Origin: a virus
Virus record (IMG/VR): IMGVR_UViG_3300030616_000025
Coordinates: 1-64,000 of that record
Direction: 5' to 3' (one strand)
DNA length: 64,000 bases
Position 1 is the first letter of the stretch, and each line of letters begins with the position of its first letter. The notes beneath the pieces were generated by a model. It made no database searches, had not been told where the DNA came from, and saw nothing but the letters and a program-made list of their open reading frames with translations. Of this stretch, positions 17,060 to 26,089 are shown piece after piece. Position numbers and translations under genes: made by a program.

Positions 17060-18702
17060 CAACAATCACCATCCTAACAACCTATTACGAACGGATAGAA
17101 TATTTACAGCGGACAATAGAAAGCATACATAGCGCATTAAAGAGGAAACCGCAGTATGATGTCAGACACTGTATATACGATGATTGCAGTAAGCAGAATA
17201 TAATATCTTCCGCTCAATTTGAAAAGTATATATTACCCAATTATCATATAGACATAAAACGCGGAACAGAAAACAATGGACTTTATCTCTATTGGCGAAC
17301 AGTAACAGAAGCAATGTCAATGTGCGGGGAATGCGATACGGTTATATTCTGGGCGGATGATTTCATAGCTTGCGAGAATTACTTTGATAAGCTGTTTTCG
17401 ATTTACAATAATGATATAATACTGAACGATAGTCTGGATTACAGATACAACGGATTTCAGACGCCCGGACTTGACGGTACGTTTGTACTTCCGTATACAT
17501 GGTATAAATTACTGGGAAATAAAATACTGCCTATCAGAGCGGAGATAATAGAACAAGCGCCGGAACATTTACGAGGCAGTCATGTATGGGAACAGACGAC
17601 AAAGCGCTTATTGACAATACCCGAAGCGCAGATATGGAGTCCGAACTATTCGCTTAGAAAACATATCGGCGAACAGCGGATATTGAATCCATTCAAAACG
17701 AGGGATATAAAAACAGTAAAATGGATAGACGAAGCTAAGAAGCCGAAATTACAACTTATTGACTTTTGGAGAGGCGATGATGCGCATAGGGAAGAAAAGA
17801 AGGTGTTGCTTGTAGTGCCGGGGGAAATAAGAAAAAACATTCAAACAGTATCGACATATATAAATCTATGCAGGAAATACAAACGGGTGGACGTATTGAT
17901 AGATACAAACGATACTGCAAATGCAGTGTTTTATATATACATTACGAAATGGCTTGGCATGAAAGCATTTTGTATTCAGGGAAAAACAGCGCTGATAGAC
18001 AATCTGTTTTCTAACTACGATATAGTGTTAAGCGATTTTTCATACAGCAAGGGAGATAAAACAGAACAGCAGAATATCGTCAAGCAATACACGAACACAT
18101 TAAATCAGATCGGGAATTACAGAAAAGTAAAACCGGCACACATACATAACAATACATTACCTATTGACTGGGGTAAAATCCGGGGAAAGAAATTTAAAAA
18201 GGAATACGACATACTCATTATAAATCAAGCGCCGGATAACTGGAACGGCACAAGAAGAAAGCACGGACATATACGGCAATTAGCGCTTGAACTGATAGAC
18301 AAGGGGCGCAAGGTAGTACAGCCGGACACAGGATACAACAGGCTAAGAGATATTCCGGTTGTCGAGGGTGACAATATGGACTTGATAGCACAGAGCAAAC
18401 TTGTAATAGGGAATAACTGTTGGCAGACAGAATTTGCTAACGTTATAGGTGTAAGGAACATAACCATATTCACGGCAGAGGATCCGGCAGTATGGAGAGA
18501 CAGGGGATTTCACAGGTTCAGTCTTAACATTATTCCCGGCAGACAAGCAGGATGCGCACCGTGTGAAACAAGGGGGAAGTTAAAGGAGAAATGTCCGAAG
18601 TGGATTTGCACACAGTATGATTTAAGCAAAATAGTAAACGTTGCAATAGAAATGTTGTCGGGGGAATTTATAAAAGTCAAAGGGGATTGTATATGGCAAT
18701 GA
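17056..18702 (+). CDS. two-domain glycosyltransferase (GT2-like N-terminus, GT9-like C-terminus)
   Basis: ITILTTYYERIEYLQRTIESI...IYDDCS at the N-terminus. VIGNNCWQTEFANVIG...ITIFTAEDP and CAPC...C...C at the C-terminus parallel the 4655 gene. Confidence 0.6.
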   Translation: MTTITILTTYYERIEYLQRTIESIHSALKRKPQYDVRHCIYDDCSKQNIISSAQFEKYILPNYHIDIKRGTENNGLYLYWRTVTEAMSMCGECDTVIFWADDFIACENYFDKLFSIYNNDIILNDSLDYRYNGFQTPGLDGTFVLPYTWYKLLGNKILPIRAEIIEQAPEHLRGSHVWEQTTKRLLTIPEAQIWSPNYSLRKHIGEQRILNPFKTRDIKTVKWIDEAKKPKLQLIDFWRGDDAHREEKKVLLVVPGEIRKNIQTVSTYINLCRKYKRVDVLIDTNDTANAVFYIYITKWLGMKAFCIQGKTALIDNLFSNYDIVLSDFSYSKGDKTEQQNIVKQYTNTLNQIGNYRKVKPAHIHNNTLPIDWGKIRGKKFKKEYDILIINQAPDNWNGTRRKHGHIRQLALELIDKGRKVVQPDTGYNRLRDIPVVEGDNMDLIAQSKLVIGNNCWQTEFANVIGVRNITIFTAEDPAVWRDRGFHRFSLNIIPGRQAGCAPCETRGKLKEKCPKWICTQYDLSKIVNVAIEMLSGEFIKVKGDCIWQ

Positions 18703-19226
18703 GAGAGATTAAGTTCAGGGCGTGGTCGCCAAAATGGGAATCAATGTTTTATTTTTCGCACATGGTGTGGCATTGGTTTGGAGATAGTTATTTGAGGTGT
18801 CAGAAAGATTATGAAACTAATCCGGTAGATGTGTCTTCTCAATGCGGTTTAGTTGATTGTAGCACCAAAATAGGGCGCATAGAAGAAGGACAGATAGAAT
18901 ATGAACTCATGCAATACACAGGACTCAAGGACAAGAACGGCAAGGAGGTATTTGAGGGGGATGTGGTTAGATGTTGGAAAGACCAAGACTGTTTTACAGA
19001 CGATAGCCCACTCAATCTTGTACCGGGTTATGCGGAAGCGATTATAGAGTATAATCCGTTTATTTGGGGGTTTAAACAATTAAATGGCAGTAACTGGTTT
19101 TTTTATGGGCCAGAAGGAAGGGAATTTTTCCCTGAATATTGGAGCGAAAAGACAAAACATGAAACATGGGAAGTAATCGGCAACATATATGAATCGGATA
19201 TGGAGAAGCTATGCCAAAAGGAGTAA
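18699..19226 (+). CDS. YopX-family protein
   Basis: MREIKFRAW, QYTGLKDKNGKEVFEGDVV, WEVIGNIYE. Confidence 0.75.
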   Translation: MREIKFRAWSPKWESMFYFSHMVWHWFGDSYLRCQKDYETNPVDVSSQCGLVDCSTKIGRIEEGQIEYELMQYTGLKDKNGKEVFEGDVVRCWKDQDCFTDDSPLNLVPGYAEAIIEYNPFIWGFKQLNGSNWFFYGPEGREFFPEYWSEKTKHETWEVIGNIYESDMEKLCQKE

Positions 19227-19765
19227 AGGGATTTCAGTTGAACCACACAACCGCTAAAGACACCAGAATAAAAATAGGCGATGCGCTTCGAAAAATATAT
19301 TGGTTCTATTGTGACTATTGTTGTCAGCGGATATTTACCCGCCCATCTCATTACAAGAGAAAGAAGCGGCACTATTGCTCTATGGAATGCTATTCAAAAG
19401 ACAGAAGGGAAAACTGGAAGCCAGAAGATCAACCAACATGGACTGGCGGTGTAAGCAACACAGAAACGCATAGACGATGGAAAAAGAAAAATCCAGAACG
19501 AATGGCGCATTTAAAAGCGAGAAGATATGCGAGAAAGAAGAATGCCGAAGGATTTCATACGTTTGAGGAGTGGCAAGAATTATTAAAGAAATACGGTTGG
19601 AAATGCGCTCATTGTGGCGCAGAAAATGATATAACAAAAGATCATATAATTCCGTTATCGGAAAACGGAACAGACTATATCGATAATATTCAACCGTTGT
19701 GCAGAAGTTGTAATAGCAAGAAGTGGAAACACATCTACGAAAACCCAGAACTATTGAAAGGATAA
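19211..19765 (+). CDS. HNH endonuclease
   Basis: CAHCG...DITKDHIIPLSENGTDYIDNIQPLCRSCNSKK. Confidence 0.85.
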   Translation: MPKGVKGFQLNHTTAKDTRIKIGDALRKIYWFYCDYCCQRIFTRPSHYKRKKRHYCSMECYSKDRRENWKPEDQPTWTGGVSNTETHRRWKKKNPERMAHLKARRYARKKNAEGFHTFEEWQELLKKYGWKCAHCGAENDITKDHIIPLSENGTDYIDNIQPLCRSCNSKKWKHIYENPELLKG

Positions 19766-19768
19766 ACC

Positions 19769-20020
19769 ATGCCGTATGTCAAGCAAATAAATAGAGATTC
19801 ATTGGATTACATTGTACAGGCAATGAGATTGGCAGAGATAAAAGCCGACGGCGATTTAAACTATATTCTATTCGCCTATTGCAAAAGACATATCAAGCCG
19901 GGATATAATAACTATAAGAATTTTTGCAGTGAATTAAGACAATGCGCAACAGAGATAGAAAGACGGCTATTAGCGCCATACGAAGACCAGAAAATTGTAG
20001 AAAATGGAGATGTGATATGA
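19769..20020 (+). CDS. hypothetical protein
   Basis: ORF in the packed array. Confidence 0.5.
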   Translation: MPYVKQINRDSLDYIVQAMRLAEIKADGDLNYILFAYCKRHIKPGYNNYKNFCSELRQCATEIERRLLAPYEDQKIVENGDVI

Positions 20021-20601
20021 GGTTCCCAGACTTCGAAGCGTGGAAAGAATACATACATCCCATAGACAGGAACAAGAACCTACAGCAGAGATATGAATAC
20101 TATCGAAATAAATACGACATGTTAAGTGAAATTGAATGTAGCAAGATGTGTGAAATCGGAGTCAGATACGGATACAGTGCGATAAGCTTTTTGACGGCAC
20201 ACCCGATCGCTGAATATATGGGTATTGATTGGATAAGTGGCGAGCATGGCGGGGTACAGGAAGATACATTCAGATACGTTTATCCTATGCTTGCGAAAGA
20301 ATTTCCAGAGGCTGTCATAAGTCTTGTACATGCGAATACGCAGGAAATGGTTTCACTACCGACAAATGAATTTGATTTTATTCACATAGACGGCGATCAT
20401 ACATATGAGGGTGCGGGGTGGGATATGAGAATAGCGTGGGAATCATTAAAGCATGGCGGCATGATGCTGATAGATGATTACAAGGCATTAAAAGAAATAC
20501 AACACGCAGTAAATGACTTTATCATAAGTCGTGGCGATCAGATAAAACAATATAATTTAGTAGACACATTCAGGGGAGATTTTAGGATATGGAAAACATG
20601 A
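20017..20601 (+). CDS. class I SAM-dependent methyltransferase (Methyltransf_24/CmcI-like)
   Basis: CEIGVRYGYSAISFL and FIHIDGDHTYEGAGWD...LKHGGMMLIDDY. ATGA overlap. Confidence 0.7.
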   Translation: MRFPDFEAWKEYIHPIDRNKNLQQRYEYYRNKYDMLSEIECSKMCEIGVRYGYSAISFLTAHPIAEYMGIDWISGEHGGVQEDTFRYVYPMLAKEFPEAVISLVHANTQEMVSLPTNEFDFIHIDGDHTYEGAGWDMRIAWESLKHGGMMLIDDYKALKEIQHAVNDFIISRGDQIKQYNLVDTFRGDFRIWKT

Positions 20602-21485
20602 ATAATATGCTTTATTACGATTGGAATAATCTCATAGTGTTAGATGCTTGCCGGTTTGATATATTCGAACAGGTCAATGATATTCCGGGGGAATTAAAAA
20701 TGATACGGTCTGTCGGGTGTCAAACAATAGAATGGGTAAGGGGAACATTCGGCAAGAGGAAGCATGATGACACAGTTTACTATTCATCAAATCCGTTTAT
20801 CAGCGAATCAGAACTTGGCAAGCTCTTGCCGGGACTGAAATTTCACAGGATATACAACGTATGGAAAAGCGGATATGACAAAGCAATTAAGAATGTGCCG
20901 CCCAGAAATGTCAACAAAATAGTATATGAAACGTATGAAATGCACAAAGAGAAAAGAAAAGTAATTCATTACAACAATCCGCATATACCGTTTTTGACGG
21001 GGGATGAAAAAGTACTCGGGAAAAACTATAGCGAAATGAAGAAGGATTTGGAAGCCGGATTGATAACAGCGTCGGACATAAGACTTGCGTATATCGAAAC
21101 GACCAGAGAAGTGTTAAGCGCGGTCAAGGAATTGCTTGCGGTATTGAAGGGCAAGACAATCATTACCGCGGATCACGGAGATATGCTTGGGGAGAAGGGA
21201 TTGTGGGGACATGGTACACGGCATAGAGGCATACTTGAACAAGTGCCGCTATTGGTAGTCAAGCCAGACGAAGAATTGATAATCGAACAGCTTGATAGTC
21301 TTGGATATATGGACAAACCGCAGACTTATATATACGCTTGGGGTAACAATGAAAAGCGCAAGTCAATGAAGGGTAGAGAGTGCGAGGTGTTAGCGCGGGG
21401 AAAGAAAAATACATGCACAGTGAAATTTCTTGACAACGGGCAAGTGGAATCTATCAGCAGAAACGCTTTAAGGAAGGTAAAATGA
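20598..21485 (+). CDS. alkaline-phosphatase/sulfatase-superfamily protein with a small C-terminal beta domain
   Basis: LIVLDACRFD metal site and ITADHGDMLGEKGLWGHG. No sulfatase nucleophile motif is recognisable. Confidence 0.55.
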   Translation: MNNMLYYDWNNLIVLDACRFDIFEQVNDIPGELKMIRSVGCQTIEWVRGTFGKRKHDDTVYYSSNPFISESELGKLLPGLKFHRIYNVWKSGYDKAIKNVPPRNVNKIVYETYEMHKEKRKVIHYNNPHIPFLTGDEKVLGKNYSEMKKDLEAGLITASDIRLAYIETTREVLSAVKELLAVLKGKTIITADHGDMLGEKGLWGHGTRHRGILEQVPLLVVKPDEELIIEQLDSLGYMDKPQTYIYAWGNNEKRKSMKGRECEVLARGKKNTCTVKFLDNGQVESISRNALRKVK

Positions 21486-22168
21486 TACTAACAAAATACG
21501 TAATTGGAAGTGGGTTCTTTTGCACAGAAGACGGGAACGTTAAGCATGGAGGTACAGCACGGTTTGGGACAGACACATTTGTACATACGCCAGAGTTTTT
21601 CAATCTATGGTTTGAATATATCAGCAAATTTACAACACCAGAATATGTATTTATAACTGACGCACGAAGTCCGGCTGTACCGGGAATACCGAAAAACAAT
21701 AACTTTGACATAATCTGGTATCGCAGGAAAGACAATCTTGGACACGCACGAGGTTGGAACGACGGGGTAATACAGGGTGCTGAATTCGCGCATCAGAAAA
21801 ACTGCGACTATGTCTATGTAGAGCAGGATTGTTTGGTATACGGGAAAGGGTGGGTAGAGAAATGCATGTACGGAATGGACAAGCCAGTACTGTTAGGCGA
21901 AGGCGGGCCGGGCAACTGGCCTATACAGCAGTGCTTAATCGTGGTTAAGAATTACTTTATACCTACGTTTGTAAAGCTGATAGGCGAAACGCTCAAAGAC
22001 GAGGCTGGAAAAGACATAGCACAGGAATACATGTATTCACGCAGGCTTGAAGGACATTATGAATTTATACCGTTTGTGGGCGGCAGACATAGACCGTTAG
22101 CCGATGATTACTGGTATGCACAGCACATCAAGCCGGAAGAATTAAAGAAAATGAAAGAGCTAATATGA
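21482..22168 (+). CDS. hypothetical protein (possible sugar-nucleotide transferase fold)
   Basis: Embedded in the glycan block. YVYVEQDC is a possible acidic motif. No firm family. Confidence 0.4.
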   Translation: MILTKYVIGSGFFCTEDGNVKHGGTARFGTDTFVHTPEFFNLWFEYISKFTTPEYVFITDARSPAVPGIPKNNNFDIIWYRRKDNLGHARGWNDGVIQGAEFAHQKNCDYVYVEQDCLVYGKGWVEKCMYGMDKPVLLGEGGPGNWPIQQCLIVVKNYFIPTFVKLIGETLKDEAGKDIAQEYMYSRRLEGHYEFIPFVGGRHRPLADDYWYAQHIKPEELKKMKELI

Positions 22169-22713
22169 AATACGATCTCGGAGGCAAGGGAAAAGGCGGT
22201 GAATGGACAACGGTAAATCTCGGCGCAAACGCAGACATACGCGCCAATCTACTTTACCTCGATGAATTTTGCGAAGACGGAGAAGTAGACGAGTTTAGAT
22301 TATTCAGTGTCTACGAACACCTGCCGACAGTATACATACCTAAATTTCACGCGGATATACACAGGAAATTAAAGCCAGACGGAATATTGCACGTGAAATT
22401 GACAGATGCAAAAAAGGCAATACAATTTTACAACGAAGGGAAGCTGTCATTTTACGGGCTGAATGACATACTGTTTGCATGTAAAGCGCGGAGATTAAAA
22501 GAGGCACGGGAAAAGTTAATTGACTTTAACATCCACAGGTGCATGTGGGGGGAAGAAGAAGCAATAAAGGAATTTGAACATTACGGATACAGGGTAAGAG
22601 TTGAGCAACGGAAATCATGGAAGTTTAACCTGCCGAGTTACTTGCCGTTTCATGACAACGAGAAATACTTTGACCTATCAATACCGGAATTTATATTGGA
22701 GTGCAAACATTGA
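22165..22713 (+). CDS. possible SAM methyltransferase-fold protein
   Basis: FSVYEHLP...IHRKLKPDGILHV resembles the C-terminal half of the Methyltransf_11 fold. The glycine-rich N-terminus is atypical. Confidence 0.4.
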   Translation: MKYDLGGKGKGGEWTTVNLGANADIRANLLYLDEFCEDGEVDEFRLFSVYEHLPTVYIPKFHADIHRKLKPDGILHVKLTDAKKAIQFYNEGKLSFYGLNDILFACKARRLKEAREKLIDFNIHRCMWGEEEAIKEFEHYGYRVRVEQRKSWKFNLPSYLPFHDNEKYFDLSIPEFILECKH

Positions 22714-23723
22714 AAACAATCTATCACTATCACATTTATAATTCAAACAGAGGTGACCAGGCTATACACCAATCAATACACGATATGATAGAGAGGGTGC
22801 ACGGAGAAAAAATAAACTGGATTCCCAAATGTCTCAATAATGATGTATGCACAAAAGAAGTCATAAAGGAAATGAACGAACAGGGCGACATGCTTATAAT
22901 AGGGGGGAGCGGATTATACGTTAATGCATGGAAAAACTATGAGGGTGCGTATTGGTATTTTCCGTGCGATCAGAAACTATTCAAGGAGATAAAAATACCT
23001 ATAGTACTGTGGAGCTTGGGAATGAACAAGGATTTTTCGGGGGAAGAAGAGCCGTTGACTGAGCAGACGTGGGATAGTATAGCGGAAATGAATGAACTGT
23101 GTGCAATGAGCAGTGTTAGAGACGAACGAACATTTGACAATCTATTGTGGCACGGAATAAAAACAAAACTCATAGCAGACCCGGCGCTATTTTTACAACC
23201 GGACACGAAGATTGAAAACGCCGAATTGCAGAGGTTAATTATAGACAATGATACGCTTGGGCTTAATCTGGCAAGTCACACAGAGTGTGCAAGAGCAATC
23301 CGGGATAAGAGCATAGATAAAATAATTGACATGTGTCATGCGTGGACAGGAAGCATAGTATACTTAAAACATCACGAAATGGAACACCGAAGTATAAAGC
23401 TATTGAAGAAAAAGGGTTTAAATCCATATGTTGTAGATTGCGAGCCGAAGCAGTTGTTGTATGTTATGCAACATCTGAGCCGGGCAATAAACATGATGCT
23501 TCATAACTGCATATTGTGTGTCAACGCAGAACTTCCGGTGTATAATATTCCATATAATGTAAAGCACGAGGGGTTTTTTAACTTGTTTTCGGATTCAATG
23601 AAATGCACAGGGTCGGACGCGTATATGATAAAGTGCTATGACGATCAGATATTGCGCCGGAAAAGAAAACTGAAACAGGACAATGACGATTGGTGCAGAA
23701 GGGTAGCTGAATTACTGAATTAA
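22701..23723 (+). CDS. polysaccharide pyruvyl transferase-like protein
   Basis: YHIYNSNRGDQAI...GDMLIIGGSGLY is the PS_pyruv_trans N-terminal signature. GTG or TTG start. Confidence 0.6.
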   Translation: MQTLKTIYHYHIYNSNRGDQAIHQSIHDMIERVHGEKINWIPKCLNNDVCTKEVIKEMNEQGDMLIIGGSGLYVNAWKNYEGAYWYFPCDQKLFKEIKIPIVLWSLGMNKDFSGEEEPLTEQTWDSIAEMNELCAMSSVRDERTFDNLLWHGIKTKLIADPALFLQPDTKIENAELQRLIIDNDTLGLNLASHTECARAIRDKSIDKIIDMCHAWTGSIVYLKHHEMEHRSIKLLKKKGLNPYVVDCEPKQLLYVMQHLSRAINMMLHNCILCVNAELPVYNIPYNVKHEGFFNLFSDSMKCTGSDAYMIKCYDDQILRRKRKLKQDNDDWCRRVAELLN

Positions 23724-23758
23724 ATATAATTATCTAATTGTTAGAAGGAGGTAAAATT

Positions 23759-24421
23759 ATGGAAAAACATGAGATAGAAAACGTTGTGTATCCGGGTTAT
23801 GATACTGGAAATATTGATGGATGGTTAAAGAAGTCTGAGGGAGAAACATTATATGCTATTTCAAAACTGACAGCAGGCCCGATACTTGAAATAGGTTCTT
23901 GGCACGGGTTGTCAACGTCATATATAGGGCGCGGGGTAAGAGACAGCCGTGATAATTATCCAGATAAAAGATTTGTTGCAACAGAGATGAATCCGACAAA
24001 AGATAATTTCCGGCAGATAGATGATAAGCATTGTGGCTTTTTCGATCCACCAGATGCAGACAAGCCTATAGTTGTTTCCGCACTTTGTGCATTAGACAAG
24101 ATACTTCCGACTATTGGAAAATGCATGGAAATTCTAAAAAAAAACATGAACGATATTGAAATGACTGATTATGTAGAAATACTTGAGGGTAGATTTGAAG
24201 ATGTTGCACCCAAATTGCAGTATTCATTTATTTTTTGCGACATTACTCACAGCAAGAAAGGAATAGACATGCGTATACCTGTTATAAAAACTATGCTTGC
24301 AGAGGAAGGGGTATTGGCGTGTCATGATGTACCGAGCCGAAATCTTGTTGATTATTTGCATAGATACATACATCCAAAAACCTATTTTTGTGTTGACAAT
24401 TTATATGTTGGATTGTTTTAA
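23759..24421 (+). CDS. class I SAM-dependent methyltransferase (Methyltransf_24-like)
   Basis: GAAGGAGG lies 7 nt before the ATG. PILEIGSWHGLSTSYIGRG and FIFCDITHS. Confidence 0.65.
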   Translation: MEKHEIENVVYPGYDTGNIDGWLKKSEGETLYAISKLTAGPILEIGSWHGLSTSYIGRGVRDSRDNYPDKRFVATEMNPTKDNFRQIDDKHCGFFDPPDADKPIVVSALCALDKILPTIGKCMEILKKNMNDIEMTDYVEILEGRFEDVAPKLQYSFIFCDITHSKKGIDMRIPVIKTMLAEEGVLACHDVPSRNLVDYLHRYIHPKTYFCVDNLYVGLF

Positions 24422-24529
24422 ATGGATTTATTGAATTTAATAAAAAAGCGTAGGATGAATGGATACGCAAAAGATGAATTAAAACACAAAAACGACATAT
24501 GGGTTGAGAAAGTAGCGAGTCTATTATGA
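24422..24529 (+). CDS. small hypothetical protein (35 aa)
   Basis: Fills the gap exactly. TAAATG start and ATGA overlap with the MurB-like gene. Confidence 0.3.
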   Translation: MDLLNLIKKRRMNGYAKDELKHKNDIWVEKVASLL

Positions 24530-25356
24530 AAAAATATTACAATTATTCAGTAAAGCATCTAACGACATTCAATATCGGCGGGGAAATGGAAGAGGTAGTA
24601 TTCCCGCAGACAGTCATTGAAGTAATGGAAGCATTAGAGACAGACAAGCGTATATATATACTCGGCGGTGGGAGTAATGTATTATTCGCCGACGGAAAGA
24701 TAGAAGGTAGGCTGATATGTCTTAAAAAGCTCTGTAGTCGCATCTGGGACGGCGTAGAGCTAACGGCAGACGCAGGATGTACAAACATGCTACTTTCAAA
24801 AGAAGCGGCGTTACAGGGGCTGTCAGGGCTTGAATGGGGCGTCTGTGTGCCTGGAACTATAGGTGGGGCGGCATACATGAACGCAAGCTATCAGCAGGGT
24901 ATAAGGCACTGTGCTACGCACGTATGGTACTACGATAGGCACGAGCAAGGAAACGCAGTTATAGAGTGGAAAGCTGCGGGGAAAGGACACAGAAAAACCA
25001 TATTTCAGGACATTGACTGCGTAATTCTTAGCGTGAAAATGCGATTAAAGAAGGACACCGTTCAAAATATCAGCAATAGAATGAGCAAACAGTTGGCGCG
25101 GAAAGAAAAAACACAGCCGATATATACCAATAGCGCAGGGTGTATATTCAAAAATCCGTCCTTCATGCTTAAAGTCAAATTGCCGACAAAGAAGATAGGC
25201 GGGGCGGAAATAAGCGAGGTAGACCCGCGATATATAATTAACGCAGGGGGAGCAACAGCAAAGGACGTACTGGAGCTGATACGGATAATCGAGGACGCGG
25301 AGGGAGAGAAAAAAGAACTTGAAATAAAACTTATAGGATTTGACGAAAAAAAATAA
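24526..25356 (+). CDS. murB: MurB-like UDP-N-acetylenolpyruvoylglucosamine reductase
   Basis: HLTTFNIGGE, ILGGGSNVLFAD, GLSGLEWGVCVPGTIGGAAYMNA, SAGCIFKNP. Confidence 0.8.
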   Translation: MKKYYNYSVKHLTTFNIGGEMEEVVFPQTVIEVMEALETDKRIYILGGGSNVLFADGKIEGRLICLKKLCSRIWDGVELTADAGCTNMLLSKEAALQGLSGLEWGVCVPGTIGGAAYMNASYQQGIRHCATHVWYYDRHEQGNAVIEWKAAGKGHRKTIFQDIDCVILSVKMRLKKDTVQNISNRMSKQLARKEKTQPIYTNSAGCIFKNPSFMLKVKLPTKKIGGAEISEVDPRYIINAGGATAKDVLELIRIIEDAEGEKKELEIKLIGFDEKK

Positions 25357-25363
25357 AAACTTC

Positions 25364-25391
25364 TTGACATATCATGAAAAAGACATATAAT
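25364..25391 (+). promoter_or_regulatory. sigma70-type promoter P2 (TTGACA-N16-TATAAT)
   Basis: -35 at 25364-25369 and -10 at 25386-25391. Confidence 0.6.
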
Positions 25392-25414
25392 ATAGGTATT
25401 TAAAGGATAGAGCA

Positions 25415-25699
25415 ATGATATGCACAGTACAATGGTGTCCGAACAGAAACGTTTACATGGCGCACAACTGTAGCAGATACACAGCCGGCGAAATAAAGGA
25501 TTGCAAGCTATTCCAATACGTCCGTAGTCTGCAGAAAACACCGCTTGACATTTGCCGGGATATAGAAGCAGAAGTGGATTCGTGGGGAGAAATTTTAGGT
25601 GATTACGACAGGGGACGGCTTGATATGGCGCAATGGGCGCAGGAGCATATATCGGGTTGTAAGGATTACACTGAATTGGAGGAGAAGGAAGATGAGTGA
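25415..25699 (+). CDS. hypothetical protein
   Basis: AAAGGA SD-like sequence upstream. First gene after P2. Confidence 0.5.
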   Translation: MICTVQWCPNRNVYMAHNCSRYTAGEIKDCKLFQYVRSLQKTPLDICRDIEAEVDSWGEILGDYDRGRLDMAQWAQEHISGCKDYTELEEKEDE

Positions 25700-25862
25700 T
25701 AAATTCAAATGTATATGTGGGTTCGAATTTGCAGGGCCGGGAGAGATTAGAAACTGTGAAGCATTTGTTACTGCCAAAGGTGAAGGCGGGATTATCTGTC
25801 CAGAATGCAAGCAAGCGTACGTTAATCGTCTGCCGGTAACATTAGAAACGGATGAACAATGA
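25692..25862 (+). CDS. zinc-ribbon protein (56 aa)
   Basis: GGAGAAGGAAG upstream. CIC...C...CPEC pattern. Confidence 0.45.
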   Translation: MSDKFKCICGFEFAGPGEIRNCEAFVTAKGEGGIICPECKQAYVNRLPVTLETDEQ

Positions 25863-26089
25863 AAAACATGTACGAGGTCGAAGTAAAAAGCGGAAATAAA
25901 TACTTCGTAATAGCAAACGACTTTAACGACGCGGAAAGAGTATTATCAAAATATATAGAGCGATGGGGATTGTTAAAGCATTATACGAGAGGCGCAAAAA
26001 GAATAACGCTCATATCACCGGTGGCGGAAATAAACGACGCGAAAGCAGATAAGACACAGGCAAGAGTCCTGTATGAAGAAAATCTATGA
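25859..26089 (+). CDS. hypothetical protein
   Basis: ATGA overlap. Confidence 0.5.
   Translation: MKNMYEVEVKSGNKYFVIANDFNDAERVLSKYIERWGLLKHYTRGAKRITLISPVAEINDAKADKTQARVLYEENL

Noticed and set aside
24526-25356. The MurB-like gene as evidence that this stretch is host chromosome.
   Set aside because: It is on the same strand as its neighbours, translationally coupled to the upstream small ORF, and flanked on both sides by phage-type genes and a phage-type consensus promoter.
25062-25814. 250-aa ORF on the minus strand, together with many other minus-strand ORFs of 60-280 aa (for example 45258-46097, 36432-37124, 34271-34885 and 28089-28598).
   Set aside because: Each lies entirely antisense to a motif-supported plus-strand gene. 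They have low-complexity Ser/Leu/Phe/Cys-rich translations and no SD-like start context. I treat them as shadow ORFs.
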